Shown here one piece after another: positions 25,916-36,905 of a stretch of 64,000 bases of DNA. Position 1 is the stretch's first letter, and every line of letters begins with the position of its first letter. A program made the position numbers and the translations under genes. Below the pieces are notes generated by a model. It was not told the origin of the DNA, searched no databases, and saw only the letters and a list, made by a program, of their open reading frames with translations. The stretch is from Candidatus Limnocylindria bacterium. GTDB lineage: Bacteria > Chloroflexota > Limnocylindria > QHBO01. The DNA is taken from assembly GCA_035708065.1 (NCBI GenBank), contig DASSTC010000016.1, positions 12,773 to 76,772 on the forward strand. The letters run 5' to 3'.

Positions 25916-26830
25916 ATGAAGATCGGCGTGCAGCTTCCCGAGGTCGAGCGCGTGGTCCGCTGGACGGAGCTCCGGGCGATGGCGGAGGCCGCGGAGCGCA
26001 TCGGTCTCGACTCCGTGTGGGTCGGCGAGCACCTGCTGTACCGATACGCCGACGGCGAGGAACGCGGTCCGTGGGAGGCGTGGTCGCTGATGTCGGCGCT
26101 GGCCGCGGTGACGGAGCGCGTCGAGATCGGCCCGCTCGTCGCCTGCACCGGCTTCCACAATCCCGCGGTCCTGGCCAAGCAGGCCGCCACACTCGACGAG
26201 ATCAGTGGCGGCCGGTTGATCCTGGGCCTCGGTGCAGGCTGGAACGAGGTCGAGTACCGCGCCTTCGGCGTGCCGTACGACCATCGCGTTAGTCGCTTCG
26301 GGGAGGCGTTTACCATCATCCGCTCGCTCCTGCGCGACGGACAGGTCGATTTCGCGGGTGACTATTACGCCGCGCGCGATTGCGTCCTGCTGCCGCGCGG
26401 CCCGCGGCCGAACGGTCCGCCGCTGATGGTCGGCTCGATCGGCGCGCGCATGCTCGAGATCACGCTTCCCCATGTCGATGCCTGGAACGCCTGGCACAAC
26501 TGGTTCGGCAACCGCGTCGAGGGATACCGACCGATGCGCGACACCGTCGACGCCGCCTGCGAGGCGGTCGGCCGCGACCCGGCGACGCTGGAACGCACGG
26601 TCGCGCTGTTCGTCGCCTTCCCCGATGCCGTTGGGCGCAAGACCGCGGCGGACGACGCCGTCGTCGAGCCGCTGCCGTCCGAGCCGGGACCCCTGGCCGG
26701 GCACCTCGCCGCATTCGCCGACGCGGGCGTCGGGCACGTCCAGCTCGTGGTCGACCCGATCACCGTGGAGTCCATCGAGCGCCTGGCGCCCATGCTCGAG
26801 GAACTCCGTGGAGGCCGGCGCGGCGGATAA
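25916..26830 (+). CDS. LLM-class (luciferase-like) F420-dependent oxidoreductase
   Basis: 304 aa. MKIGVQLP...DSVWVGEHLL...ISGGRLILGLGAGW. CATCAT lies 6 nt upstream of the ATG. Confidence 0.9.
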   Translation: MKIGVQLPEVERVVRWTELRAMAEAAERIGLDSVWVGEHLLYRYADGEERGPWEAWSLMSALAAVTERVEIGPLVACTGFHNPAVLAKQAATLDEISGGRLILGLGAGWNEVEYRAFGVPYDHRVSRFGEAFTIIRSLLRDGQVDFAGDYYAARDCVLLPRGPRPNGPPLMVGSIGARMLEITLPHVDAWNAWHNWFGNRVEGYRPMRDTVDAACEAVGRDPATLERTVALFVAFPDAVGRKTAADDAVVEPLPSEPGPLAGHLAAFADAGVGHVQLVVDPITVESIERLAPMLEELRGGRRGG

Positions 26831-26861
26831 GCCCGACCACTGCGGCTGCTACCATCGCCGC

Positions 26862-27233
26862 GTGGAGCCGAACGAGCTGGTGCCGCTTCCCCTCGGCCGC
26901 GCCCGCCGCCTCGAGGCGGCCCCGCTGGCCAACAGCAACGGCGACCATGCCGTGCTGGTGCGCGAGGGCGAGCAGCCACGCGCGCTGCTGACGACCGAGA
27001 AAGAGGATCACCTGGTCCTCATCCCGCTCGACGATCGCAGCGAGATGCGCGTCGACGGCGACGCGCTCGCCATCTGGCTCACCCAGGGCTCGCTCCGTCC
27101 CGAGCGGCCGAGCCTGGCCGGCTGGGCGACGGCGGCGGGCATGGTCCTGCTGCTGGTGGTCATCGGCTTCGCGATCCTTGGCAGCCTGACCTTCTTCGAT
27201 TGGCTCTTCACGAGCCTGGGCATCATCCGCTAG
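26862..27233 (+). CDS. Hypothetical protein, soluble N-domain plus C-terminal TM helix
   Basis: 123 aa from GTG 26862 in the ORF 26472 frame (the 5' part overlaps the LLM gene). The C-terminus WATAAGMVLLLVVIGFAILGSLTFF is hydrophobic. No known domain recognised. Confidence 0.45.
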   Translation: MEPNELVPLPLGRARRLEAAPLANSNGDHAVLVREGEQPRALLTTEKEDHLVLIPLDDRSEMRVDGDALAIWLTQGSLRPERPSLAGWATAAGMVLLLVVIGFAILGSLTFFDWLFTSLGIIR

Positions 27234-27237
27234 GCCG

Positions 27238-27546
27238 ATGCGACCGCACGAGCACCACGTTCGTCCGCCGAGCAGCGGGGTGATCGCCATGCGGATCGGC
27301 CTGGAGTTCGGACCGCCCGAGGAGTTCTCGCGCAACCTGGAGCACGCCCTGGCCAAGGGAGGGGAGCGCGGTGCGACGCTCACCGCCCTGCTCGACCGCG
27401 GCGACATGACGATCCACATCCCGCGCGAGGACGGCCCGTGCTGGAACGCCGTGCCGCTGATCCATCTGCATCGCGGCGACCAGCCGACCGATGCGGAATG
27501 GGCGACCGCCAACGCCATCCTCGAGAAGCTCGAGCGGTACCGCTAG
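27238..27546 (+). CDS. Hypothetical small soluble protein
   Basis: 102-aa ORF lying 4 nt after the previous stop and 4 nt before the next start. No domain recognised. Confidence 0.5.
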   Translation: MRPHEHHVRPPSSGVIAMRIGLEFGPPEEFSRNLEHALAKGGERGATLTALLDRGDMTIHIPREDGPCWNAVPLIHLHRGDQPTDAEWATANAILEKLERYR

Positions 27547-27550
27547 GCAG

Positions 27551-28054
27551 ATGACACTCGAGAGCACGCCCGAGGGGCGGCGGCTGCGGCAGATGATGGC
27601 CCGCTTCGCGACCGGGGTGACCGTCATCTCGGCCCGGTACGGACCGCTCCTGGCGGGGATGACCGCCAACGCGATCGCCTCGGTCAGCATCGATCCGCCG
27701 CTCATGATGGCCAGCGTCAACCGCCGATCCGAGACGCACCAGGCGATCGTGCAGAGCCACTCGTTCGCGGCATCGGTCCTGTCGCTCGAGCAGCGTGAGC
27801 TGGCGGACTGCTTTGCGCAGCCGACGACCGCCACGAAGCTGAAGCGCTTCTGCGACGCGCCGTGGCACGAGGCCGAGACCGGCTCGCCGATCCTCGACGG
27901 CGCGATCGCCTACTTCGACTGCCGCCTCGTCGACCGGCACGACGGCGGTGACCACACGATCTTCATCGGCGCGATCGTTGCCGCGGGGTACGAGGAGGGC
28001 GTCGAGCCGCTGATCTGGTTCGGCTCGGGCTACCGCCGCCTGGCACCGTCGTGA
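27551..28054 (+). CDS. Flavin reductase family protein (NAD(P)H:flavin oxidoreductase)
   Basis: 167 aa. FATGVTVISA...GMTANAIASVSIDPPL...GDHTIFIG matches the flavin reductase-like FMN-binding domain. Confidence 0.88.
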   Translation: MTLESTPEGRRLRQMMARFATGVTVISARYGPLLAGMTANAIASVSIDPPLMMASVNRRSETHQAIVQSHSFAASVLSLEQRELADCFAQPTTATKLKRFCDAPWHEAETGSPILDGAIAYFDCRLVDRHDGGDHTIFIGAIVAAGYEEGVEPLIWFGSGYRRLAPS

Positions 28055-28623
28055 GCCGGCTGCCCGTCTGGGAGCGGCTGCGCGCGCCGGACCGCCGGCC
28101 GCTCGACGTGCGACCGGTCGAGCACCGTGGGGTCGAGCTGCTGCGGGTGGTCGACGGTGACATTCCCGACCTCGCCGCCACCGTCTTCGATGCCTGGATC
28201 GTTGCGGGCGGCTATGTCATCCGCGCGGCTGCGCTCGACGACGTGCGCGTGACGCCGTACCAGATTCGCGCCAGCCGCCTGCAGATCGAGAACAGCGACG
28301 GACGGCTGGAGGCGCTGCTCGCCGGATCGGGCGTGGTGGCGACCCTCGGCGAGCTCGAGCACCTCGCCTGCGCCTGCCGGGGAGTGGCCGCCGATGTCGT
28401 GTATCGCGCCGTCGCCAACGGCTGGGAGACCGTCGACCAGCTCAAGCGTGCGACGCGCGTCGCCTTCGGCGTCTGCCAGGGCCGGCGCTGCGTGCCCTGG
28501 CTGGCGGCGCGCCTGGAGCTCGACCGGGAGGACCCGCGGGCGCAGATCACGCCGCGGCCGCCGCTCGTGCCGGTGCCCGTATCGGTCCTGGCGGCGTTCG
28601 CCGAGGAAGAGCCGGCCGTCTGA
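28051..28623 (+). CDS. BFD-like [2Fe-2S]-binding domain protein with an unknown N-terminal domain
   Basis: 190 aa. GTG overlaps the upstream stop (GTGA). CACRGV...LKRATRVAFGVCQGRRC is a BFD/GlpA-C-type Cys pattern. Confidence 0.75.
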   Translation: MSRLPVWERLRAPDRRPLDVRPVEHRGVELLRVVDGDIPDLAATVFDAWIVAGGYVIRAAALDDVRVTPYQIRASRLQIENSDGRLEALLAGSGVVATLGELEHLACACRGVAADVVYRAVANGWETVDQLKRATRVAFGVCQGRRCVPWLAARLELDREDPRAQITPRPPLVPVPVSVLAAFAEEEPAV

Positions 28624-29537
28624 TGGCCGCGGTCGTCGAGCTGCGCGGCATCGCCAAGAGCTACGGGCGACAAACGGCGCTGGAGGCGCTCGACCTGAGC
28701 GTGGGCCCCGGCGAGGTGGTGGGGCTGCTCGGGCCGAACGGCGCCGGCAAGACCACGGCGGTGAAGGTCGTGCTCGGCCTGGTGCGCCCATCGTCCGGCG
28801 AGGGGCGTCTATTCGGCCGGCCGCTCGGCGACCCCGAGGCACGCCGCAAGGTCGGCTACCTGCCCGAGATGTTCCGCAACCCGCCCTGGCTCACCGCCCG
28901 CGAGGTGATGCGGTATCACGCCGAGCTGCTCGGCCTGCCGGCGGCGCAGCGCGGCCGCGTCGTCGACGCGGCGTTGGCCAATGCCGACCTGACCGACCGC
29001 GCCGACGACCTCGTCGGCCGCTACTCGAAGGGGATGCAGCAGCGCGTCGGCCTGGCCGTGGCGCTGCTCGGCGGGCCGGCGCTCGTGGTGCTCGACGAGC
29101 CCGCCACCGGCCTCGACCCGATCGGCCGCGAGGAGCTGCGCGGCGCCATCCGCGGCCTGCGCGAGAGCGGCACGAGCGTGCTGCTGAACTCGCACCAGCT
29201 CTCCGAGGTCGAGCAGGTGTGTGACCGGGTCACGATCCTGCACCAGGGCCACGTCCTGGCCGACGGTCGCCTGGACGAGCTGCTGCGCGCTGGTGGCATT
29301 CGTGTGCGCGTCACCGGCCTGGAGCAGCCGCTGCCGCCGCCGCTCGACCGATTCGGACCGGTCGAACGCGATGCCGACCTCTTCCTGTTCCGCGGGCTCG
29401 ATCAGCGGCGCGTGCCCGAGCTCGTCGCCACGCTGGTCGAGCTCGGCGCGCAGGTCCACGCGGTCGAACCGATCCAGCCCACCCTCGAGGAGCGCTTCCG
29501 CCAGCTGCTGCACGTCCCGCCGGAGGGCCACGCGTGA
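28623..29537 (+). CDS. ABC transporter ATP-binding protein (ABC-2 / NosF-like)
   Basis: 304 aa. Walker A GPNGAGKTT, signature YSKGMQQR, Walker B LVVLDEP. The ATG shares one base with the upstream TGA. Confidence 0.93.
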   Translation: MAAVVELRGIAKSYGRQTALEALDLSVGPGEVVGLLGPNGAGKTTAVKVVLGLVRPSSGEGRLFGRPLGDPEARRKVGYLPEMFRNPPWLTAREVMRYHAELLGLPAAQRGRVVDAALANADLTDRADDLVGRYSKGMQQRVGLAVALLGGPALVVLDEPATGLDPIGREELRGAIRGLRESGTSVLLNSHQLSEVEQVCDRVTILHQGHVLADGRLDELLRAGGIRVRVTGLEQPLPPPLDRFGPVERDADLFLFRGLDQRRVPELVATLVELGAQVHAVEPIQPTLEERFRQLLHVPPEGHA

Positions 29538-30406
29538 TCGACCTCGGCGCGACCTGGGTGATCGCCCGGCTGACGCTCCGCGAAGCGATGCGCCGCCGCA
29601 TGCTGCTCGCCCTGTTCGGCCTGTCGGGGGTCGCCGTGCTGCTCACCGCCTGGGGCTACGGCCAGCTGCAGAACGTGCCGGGCGTCAGCACCGGCAACGT
29701 CAGCATCGACCAGGTACAGCTCGTGGCCTCGCAGCTGCTCATCGGCGTGACCTTCATGTTCAGTTTCATCCTCGCGCTCTTCGCCGTGCTGGCCGCCGCG
29801 CCGGCGATCGCGGGAGCGCGGGAGTCGGGCGAGCTGCAGGCGATCGCCGCCCGGCCCGTTCCGCGCTCATCGATCCTTCTCGGCAAGTGGCTGGCCCTCG
29901 CGCTGGTCGTCGTGGGTTACGCCGCCGCCTCGGGGATCGCCGAGCTCGTCGTCGTGGCGCTCATCACCGGCTACGTCCCTGTCCAGCCGGCCGAGGCGAT
30001 CCTGTACGTCGCCGCCGAAGGGATCGTGGTGCTCAGCCTGACCTTCCTGCTCGGCACGCGGCTGTCGGCGGTCACCTCCGGCGTCGTCGCCATGCTGCTG
30101 TTCGGAATCGCGTGGCTCAGCGGGGTGGTCGGGGGGATCGGTCTGGCCTTCGGCGACCAGGCGATGTCGTGGGTCGCGCCGCTTGTCAGCGTGATGTTGC
30201 CCAGCGACGGGCTGTGGCGCGGCGCGATCTACAGCCTCGAGCCTGCGAGCGTGGTGCTGGCCGGCGCCGGGGCGGGTCCGCAGATCGCCGCGTTTCCGTT
30301 CTTTGCGGATTCGCCACCGGCGCCGGCCTTCATCGCCTGGAGCGTCGCCTGGGTGGTGATCGTGCTCCTCGGCGCGGGCATCGGCTTCGCCAGAAACGAC
30401 CTGTAG
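29534..30406 (+). CDS. ABC-2 type transporter permease (NosY-like)
   Basis: 290 aa with about 6 TM helices. GTG overlaps the ATPase stop (GTGA). Confidence 0.85.
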   Translation: MIDLGATWVIARLTLREAMRRRMLLALFGLSGVAVLLTAWGYGQLQNVPGVSTGNVSIDQVQLVASQLLIGVTFMFSFILALFAVLAAAPAIAGARESGELQAIAARPVPRSSILLGKWLALALVVVGYAAASGIAELVVVALITGYVPVQPAEAILYVAAEGIVVLSLTFLLGTRLSAVTSGVVAMLLFGIAWLSGVVGGIGLAFGDQAMSWVAPLVSVMLPSDGLWRGAIYSLEPASVVLAGAGAGPQIAAFPFFADSPPAPAFIAWSVAWVVIVLLGAGIGFARNDL

Positions 30407-30482
30407 GGTCCGACGCGTCGGTTCGGCTACGATTGCCGCGCCAGGGGGGATACCGAGTTCGTGCAGCCATGAGGTTCGGGCT

Positions 30483-31931
<1,449 letters not shown>

Positions 31932-31987
31932 GGCGGGCGGCGGTGCGGGCCGTCCTCGGTTTCAGGATGAGTGTGTTCCACGTCGTT

Positions 31988-31993
31988 TAGCAT
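31988..31993 (+). promoter_or_regulatory. -10-like TAGCAT 7 nt upstream of the FMN-oxidase ATG (leaderless start candidate)
   Basis: Sequence is TAGCAT-ccgccgc-ATG(32001) with no SD. Confidence 0.35.
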
Positions 31994-32000
31994 CCGCCGC

Positions 32001-33302
32001 ATGGCTGGTGAGCCGCCAGGCGGCGGCATCGGGCGAGTCGTCCAGCGCGAGATCTACCGGCGCGGGGCCTTCGGGCATCGGCCTCGCGTGCCGGTCCTGC
32101 CGGATGGCCTGGCCCAGGCAGCCCGTCGGAAGATGAGTGCGGCGGCGTGGTCGTACGTCGCCGGATCGGCCGGGCAGCAGCAGACCGAACGGGCCAACCG
32201 GCTCGCGTTCGAGCGTTGGGGCATCGTGCCCCGGGTCCTGCGCGACATCTCGACGCGCGACACGGCCGTCGAGCTCTTCGGCGAGCGGCTGCCGGCGCCG
32301 TTCCTGCTCGCGCCGATCGGCGCGCTCGAGATGGTCCATCCCGATGCCGACCTTGCCGTTGCCCGCGCCGCGGCCGCACTCGGCCTGCCGATGCTCATCT
32401 CGACCCAGGGCTCGAAGCCCATGGAGCGCACGGCGGAAGCGCTCGGCAACGCGCCACGCTGGTTCCAGCTGTACTGGAGCACGAGCGACGAGCTCGTCGA
32501 GAGCTTCGTCCGTCGGGCCGAGGCCATTCGGGCAACGGCGCTGGTCGTGACGCTCGATACGCAGCTGCTCGGCTGGCGAACGCACGACCTCGACCTCGGC
32601 AGCCTGCCGTTCGTGCGCGGCCAGGGCATCGCCCAGTACACCAGCGACCCGGTCTTCATGGAGCTCGTTCGCGCGCGACTCCGCGGCAAGCCCTCCCCGG
32701 AACCCGGACCGCCGCCGCGGCCGACGCCAGCGGCCATCGCCACGCTCGCCTCGGTAGCACGCACCCATCCCGGGCCGTTCATGCGCAATCTACGCTCGCC
32801 GGTGCCGCGGGCCGCAGTCGAGACGTTCCTCGACATCTTCGCTCGCCATTCGCTGACCTGGGACAACCTCGCCTGGCTCCGCGAACGGACGAAGCTGCCG
32901 ATCGTCCTCAAGGGAATCCAGGACCCGCATGACGCGCAGCTCGCCGCGGACCATGGCGTCGACGGCGTCATCGTGTCGAATCACGGCGGCCGGCAGGTCG
33001 ACGGCGCGATCGGCGCGTTGACGGTCCTCCCGGAAATCGTCGAGCTCGTCGGCGACCGCCTCACGGTCCTGTTCGACAGCGGCATCCGCGGGGGCGCCGA
33101 TGTCTTCAAGGCCCTGGCGCTCGGCGCACGGGCGGTGGGCATCGGTCGACCGTGGGTCCACGGCCTGGCGCTCGACGGCAGCGACGGGATTGTCGGGGTG
33201 ATGCGCTACCTGATGGCCGAGCTGGACATCACCATGGCGCTTGCCGGCTGCGCGCGTCTCGACGACATCGGTCCCGATCTGCTCAGGCGCGAGGACTGCT
33301 GA
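32001..33302 (+). CDS. FMN-dependent alpha-hydroxy acid dehydrogenase/oxidase (lactate 2-monooxygenase-like)
   Basis: 433 aa from ATG 32001. Has RWFQLY, VTLDT, ILKGI and IVSNHGGRQ.D...DSGIRGG motifs. Confidence 0.9.
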   Translation: MAGEPPGGGIGRVVQREIYRRGAFGHRPRVPVLPDGLAQAARRKMSAAAWSYVAGSAGQQQTERANRLAFERWGIVPRVLRDISTRDTAVELFGERLPAPFLLAPIGALEMVHPDADLAVARAAAALGLPMLISTQGSKPMERTAEALGNAPRWFQLYWSTSDELVESFVRRAEAIRATALVVTLDTQLLGWRTHDLDLGSLPFVRGQGIAQYTSDPVFMELVRARLRGKPSPEPGPPPRPTPAAIATLASVARTHPGPFMRNLRSPVPRAAVETFLDIFARHSLTWDNLAWLRERTKLPIVLKGIQDPHDAQLAADHGVDGVIVSNHGGRQVDGAIGALTVLPEIVELVGDRLTVLFDSGIRGGADVFKALALGARAVGIGRPWVHGLALDGSDGIVGVMRYLMAELDITMALAGCARLDDIGPDLLRREDC

Positions 33303-33371
33303 TCCATGGCGATGAGTTTGCGGCGCATCGGCCGTCCATCAGATACAACGAGCCACCAGGAGGACAGACAC

Positions 33372-33791
33372 GTGGGATCCAAGCTCAACCCCTACCTCAA
33401 CTTCGACGGCAACGGGCGCGAGGCGATCGAGTTTTACCGCGACGTCTTCGGCGGCGAGCTGACGACCTCCTCGTACGCCGAGGGCGGCATGGCCGACAAT
33501 CCTGCCGATGCCGATCGGCTCATGCATGGCCAGCTCGAGACCCCCGCCGGCTTCACCCTCATGGCCGCCGACGGTCCGTCCGGCGAACAGGCCGATGCAC
33601 CCGGCGCGTTCTCGATCTCGCTCAGCGGCGACGACGATGCCGAGCTGCGCGGCTACTGGGATCGCCTTGCCGAGGGCGGCACGATCACGATGCCGCTCGA
33701 GAAGGCGCCGTGGGGCGACAGCTTCGGCATGCTGAAGGACCGATTCGGCACGCCGTGGATGGTGAACATCGCGGGCACGCCGCAGAGCTAG
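33372..33791 (+). CDS. VOC-family (PhnB/glyoxalase-like) protein
   Basis: 139 aa from GTG 33372 with AGGAGG 8 nt upstream. LNPYLNFDGNGREAIEFY...MPLEKAPWGDSFGMLKDRFGTPWMVN. Confidence 0.85.
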   Translation: MGSKLNPYLNFDGNGREAIEFYRDVFGGELTTSSYAEGGMADNPADADRLMHGQLETPAGFTLMAADGPSGEQADAPGAFSISLSGDDDAELRGYWDRLAEGGTITMPLEKAPWGDSFGMLKDRFGTPWMVNIAGTPQS

Positions 33792-33868
33792 CGGGGAGCG
33801 GCTGCTGCGTCGGTCGTCCACGTGGCGGTTGGACGCGCCGCCTGTCCGACCGCGCAGTCTCCGCCGGG

Positions 33869-33874
33869 TAGCAT
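33869..33874 (+). promoter_or_regulatory. -10-like TAGCAT 7 nt upstream of ATG 33882
   Basis: Sequence is TAGCAT-cggcgcc-ATG. Confidence 0.3.
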
Positions 33875-33881
33875 CGGCGCC

Positions 33882-34058
33882 ATGAAGTACGGCGTGATCA
33901 TCAGAGGCACCACCCAGCCGGCGACCGCATCGGATGCGGTCCGGCCATGGACCGATGCCGGCGCCACGTGGTGGATCGAATCGGACTGGTCGAACTTCGA
34001 GGTCGAGCCGGCGCGGCGGCGGACCGAGGCTGGCCCGCCGGGCAGCCGACGCACGTAG
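33882..34058 (+). CDS. 58-aa ORF, possibly a collapsed remnant of an LLM oxidoreductase
   Basis: MKYGVIIRG... resembles an LLM N-terminus and ...TDAGATWWIE resembles an LLM C-terminus, with nothing in between. Coding status is uncertain. Confidence 0.3.
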   Translation: MKYGVIIRGTTQPATASDAVRPWTDAGATWWIESDWSNFEVEPARRRTEAGPPGSRRT

Positions 34059-34230
34059 CCACCGGCTGGCGATCCGCCAGCAGGGTCGGCCGCAGCGGTG
34101 GGCGCGAAACCGCGCTTCTGGTACATTTGCCGTCGAGCCGCGCGGATCACCACGGACCGTGCGGCATCGGCACCGAGATCCTGTTGCGCAGACGCGTGCC
34201 ACGTCGGAACACGCAGCGGAGCAGACGCAG

Positions 34231-35463
34231 ATGCGCATCCTTCTCATCGGTGCCGGCACCGTCGGCGAAGCCATCGCCAGGATCACCGCCGATCGCGACT
34301 GGTGCGAGCAGATGGTGATCGCCGATTACGACCTCAGCCGCGCGACGTCCGTCGCGCAGGACATCGGGCAACCCGAACGCTTCACCGCCGTTCAGGCGGA
34401 CGCCTCGAACGTCGAGCAGCTGGCCGAGCTGGCGCGGAAGCACGAGTCAGACCTGGTCATGAACGCGGTCGACCCGCAGTTCGTCATGCCGATCTTCCGC
34501 GCCGCGCTCGAGGCGAAGACGAACTACATGGACATGGCGACCAGCCTGTCGAAGCCGAACCCGGAGCGGCCGTTCGAGGAGACCGGCGTCAAGCTCGGCG
34601 ACGAGCAGTTCGCGATGATGGAGCTCTGGGCGCGCGCCGGGAAGCTGGCGCTGCTGGGCATGGGCATGGACCCCGGTCTCACCGACGTGTTCGCCGCGTA
34701 CGCGAAGAAGCACCTCTTCGACGAGATCGACGAAGTCCACGTCCGCGACGGCGGCGACCTGCGCATCGAGGGCTACGCGTTTGCCCCGGTGTTCAGCATC
34801 TGGACGACGATCGAAGAGTGCCTCAACCCGCCGGTCGTCTGGCAGGACGGCGACTGGCACACGACGAGGCCCTTCTCCGCGCCGGAGATGTTCCCGTTCC
34901 CCGAGGGCATCGGTCCGGTCGAGTGCGTCAACGTCGAGCACGAGGAGGTGCTGCTCGTGCCGCGCTACATCGACGCGAAGAAGGTGACGTTCAAGTACGC
35001 GCTGGGCAGCGATTTCATCGATAAGCTCAAGACGATCCACACCCTCGGCATGGACCGCACCGATCGCGTCAACGTGAAGGGCGTCGAGGTCGCGCCGCGC
35101 GACGTGCTGGCCGCCATCACGCCCGACCCCGCCACGGTCGGGGATCGCATGGTCGGCCGGGCGATTGTCGGCACCTGGGTCATCGGCCGCAAGGATGGCA
35201 AGCCTCGCGAGGTCTTCCTCTACCAGATGACCGATGCCGTGCGCACCTGGCAGGACCACGGCCTCGGTGCGGTCGCCTGGCAGACCGGCTTCAACCCGGT
35301 GATCGCCATGGAGCTGCTGAGCTCCGGCGCATGGAAGGGAAGCGGCGTGCTCGGCCCCGAGCCATTCGACCCGGATCCCTACCTTGCCCTGCTCGACAAG
35401 TACGGCATTCACCACGACATGGTCGAGATGGAGCCCGGTGCGCACCGGCCCGCCTCCGCCTGA
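34231..35463 (+). CDS. Saccharopine dehydrogenase family protein
   Basis: 410 aa from ATG 34231. Rossmann N-terminus MRILLIGAGTVG. The Sdh C-terminal region has GMGMDPGLTDVFA. Confidence 0.9.
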   Translation: MRILLIGAGTVGEAIARITADRDWCEQMVIADYDLSRATSVAQDIGQPERFTAVQADASNVEQLAELARKHESDLVMNAVDPQFVMPIFRAALEAKTNYMDMATSLSKPNPERPFEETGVKLGDEQFAMMELWARAGKLALLGMGMDPGLTDVFAAYAKKHLFDEIDEVHVRDGGDLRIEGYAFAPVFSIWTTIEECLNPPVVWQDGDWHTTRPFSAPEMFPFPEGIGPVECVNVEHEEVLLVPRYIDAKKVTFKYALGSDFIDKLKTIHTLGMDRTDRVNVKGVEVAPRDVLAAITPDPATVGDRMVGRAIVGTWVIGRKDGKPREVFLYQMTDAVRTWQDHGLGAVAWQTGFNPVIAMELLSSGAWKGSGVLGPEPFDPDPYLALLDKYGIHHDMVEMEPGAHRPASA

Positions 35464-35476
35464 AAGGACCGATCCA

Positions 35477-36904
35477 ATGACGATCTCGGCCGGCATCGAC
35501 CGGGCACGACTGGCTTCCATTCACGAGCGGGAAGAGGCGGCCTACCGCGAGCGCACGCCACGCTCGGCGGAGCTCTTCGAGCGAGCGCAGGGCTCACTAC
35601 CGCTCGGCGTCGCCTCCTCGTTCCAGTCGTATGACCCCTATCCGCTGTTCATGACCGATGCGCGCGGGTCGCGCATCTGGGACGCCGACGGCAACGAGTA
35701 CGTCGACTTCGACATGGCCTTCGGCGTGCTCGCCGCCGGCCACTCGCACCCGATCCTGGCCGAGGCGCTTCAGCGTCGCGTGGCGAACGGCACCTGCTAC
35801 ACGTTCCCGGTCGAGGACGGTGTCGTGCTCGCCGAGGAGATCAAGCGTCGCTTTGGCGCCGACCTGGTGCGCTTCTCCAACTCGGGCACCGAGGCGACGA
35901 TGGACGCCATTCGTGTCGCCCGCGGGTACACCGGTCGGGAGAAGATCGTCAAGTTCGAGGGCGGCTACCACGGCCACCACGACGACGTGCTGGTCAGCAT
36001 CCAGCCGCCGCGCGACCTGATGGGTCCTGCCGAGGCGCCGAACACGGTCCCGGCCACGGCCGGCATGCCGCGCTCGCGGGTCGCCGAGACGGTCATCGCG
36101 CCGTACAACCAGCCGGATGCGCTGGCAGCGATCCTCGAGGCGCACCGCGGCGAGATCGCGGCGATCATCATCGAGCCGGTCCAGTTCAACATCGGCGTGG
36201 TGCCGCCACTCCCCGGCTACCTGGAGCGGGTCAGGGAGCTGGCCACCGAGCACGGCGCGGTGCTCATCTTCGACGAGGTGAAGACCGGCGTGGTGCTGGC
36301 CTACGGCGGCGCCACGGAGTTCTTCGGCGTGCAGCCGGACCTGTTCTGTCTCGCCAAGAGCATCGGCGGCGGCGTGCCGATCGGCGCGTTCGGCGGCCGC
36401 GCCGAGGTGATGCGCGTCATCGAGGCACTCCCCGAGGGCGGCGGCAACGGGACGGCGCTCGAGCATACGACGATCCCCGGCGGGGCGACGCGCGTCGCGC
36501 ACCTCGGCACGTTCAACGGCAATCCGCTGTCGATGGCCGCCGGCGTTGCCACGCTGACGCGCATCCTCACGCCCGATGTCTACCCGCAGCTCCGCGCCCT
36601 GGCCCAGCGGCTGACCGATGGTTGCGCGGCGGTCATCGCCGACTTCGGCCTGCCCGGCTATGCGATCAATGTCGGCCCGAAGGGCTGCGTGATGTTCACG
36701 CCGGACCGGGTGACGAACTACCGCGACTTCATCGGCCTCGATGGCGACCTGTGGGCGGCGTCGTTCTTCTACCTCGCCAACCGCGGCATCCTGCTGCCGC
36801 CCGGCCCGGACGACCAGTGGACGCTGTCGGTGCAGCACAGCGAGGCCGACATCGACCGATACGTCTCGACCTTCCGCGACTTCGCCCAGGAGCTGGCCGG
36901 CTGA
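35477..36904 (+). CDS. Class-III (PLP) aminotransferase, glutamate-1-semialdehyde-aminomutase-like
   Basis: 475 aa. DADGNEYVDFDMAFGVLAAGHSHP, FSNSGTEA, FDEVKTG, and the PLP-Lys region LAKSIGGG. Confidence 0.9.
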   Translation: MTISAGIDRARLASIHEREEAAYRERTPRSAELFERAQGSLPLGVASSFQSYDPYPLFMTDARGSRIWDADGNEYVDFDMAFGVLAAGHSHPILAEALQRRVANGTCYTFPVEDGVVLAEEIKRRFGADLVRFSNSGTEATMDAIRVARGYTGREKIVKFEGGYHGHHDDVLVSIQPPRDLMGPAEAPNTVPATAGMPRSRVAETVIAPYNQPDALAAILEAHRGEIAAIIIEPVQFNIGVVPPLPGYLERVRELATEHGAVLIFDEVKTGVVLAYGGATEFFGVQPDLFCLAKSIGGGVPIGAFGGRAEVMRVIEALPEGGGNGTALEHTTIPGGATRVAHLGTFNGNPLSMAAGVATLTRILTPDVYPQLRALAQRLTDGCAAVIADFGLPGYAINVGPKGCVMFTPDRVTNYRDFIGLDGDLWAASFFYLANRGILLPPGPDDQWTLSVQHSEADIDRYVSTFRDFAQELAG

Positions 36905-36905
36905 G

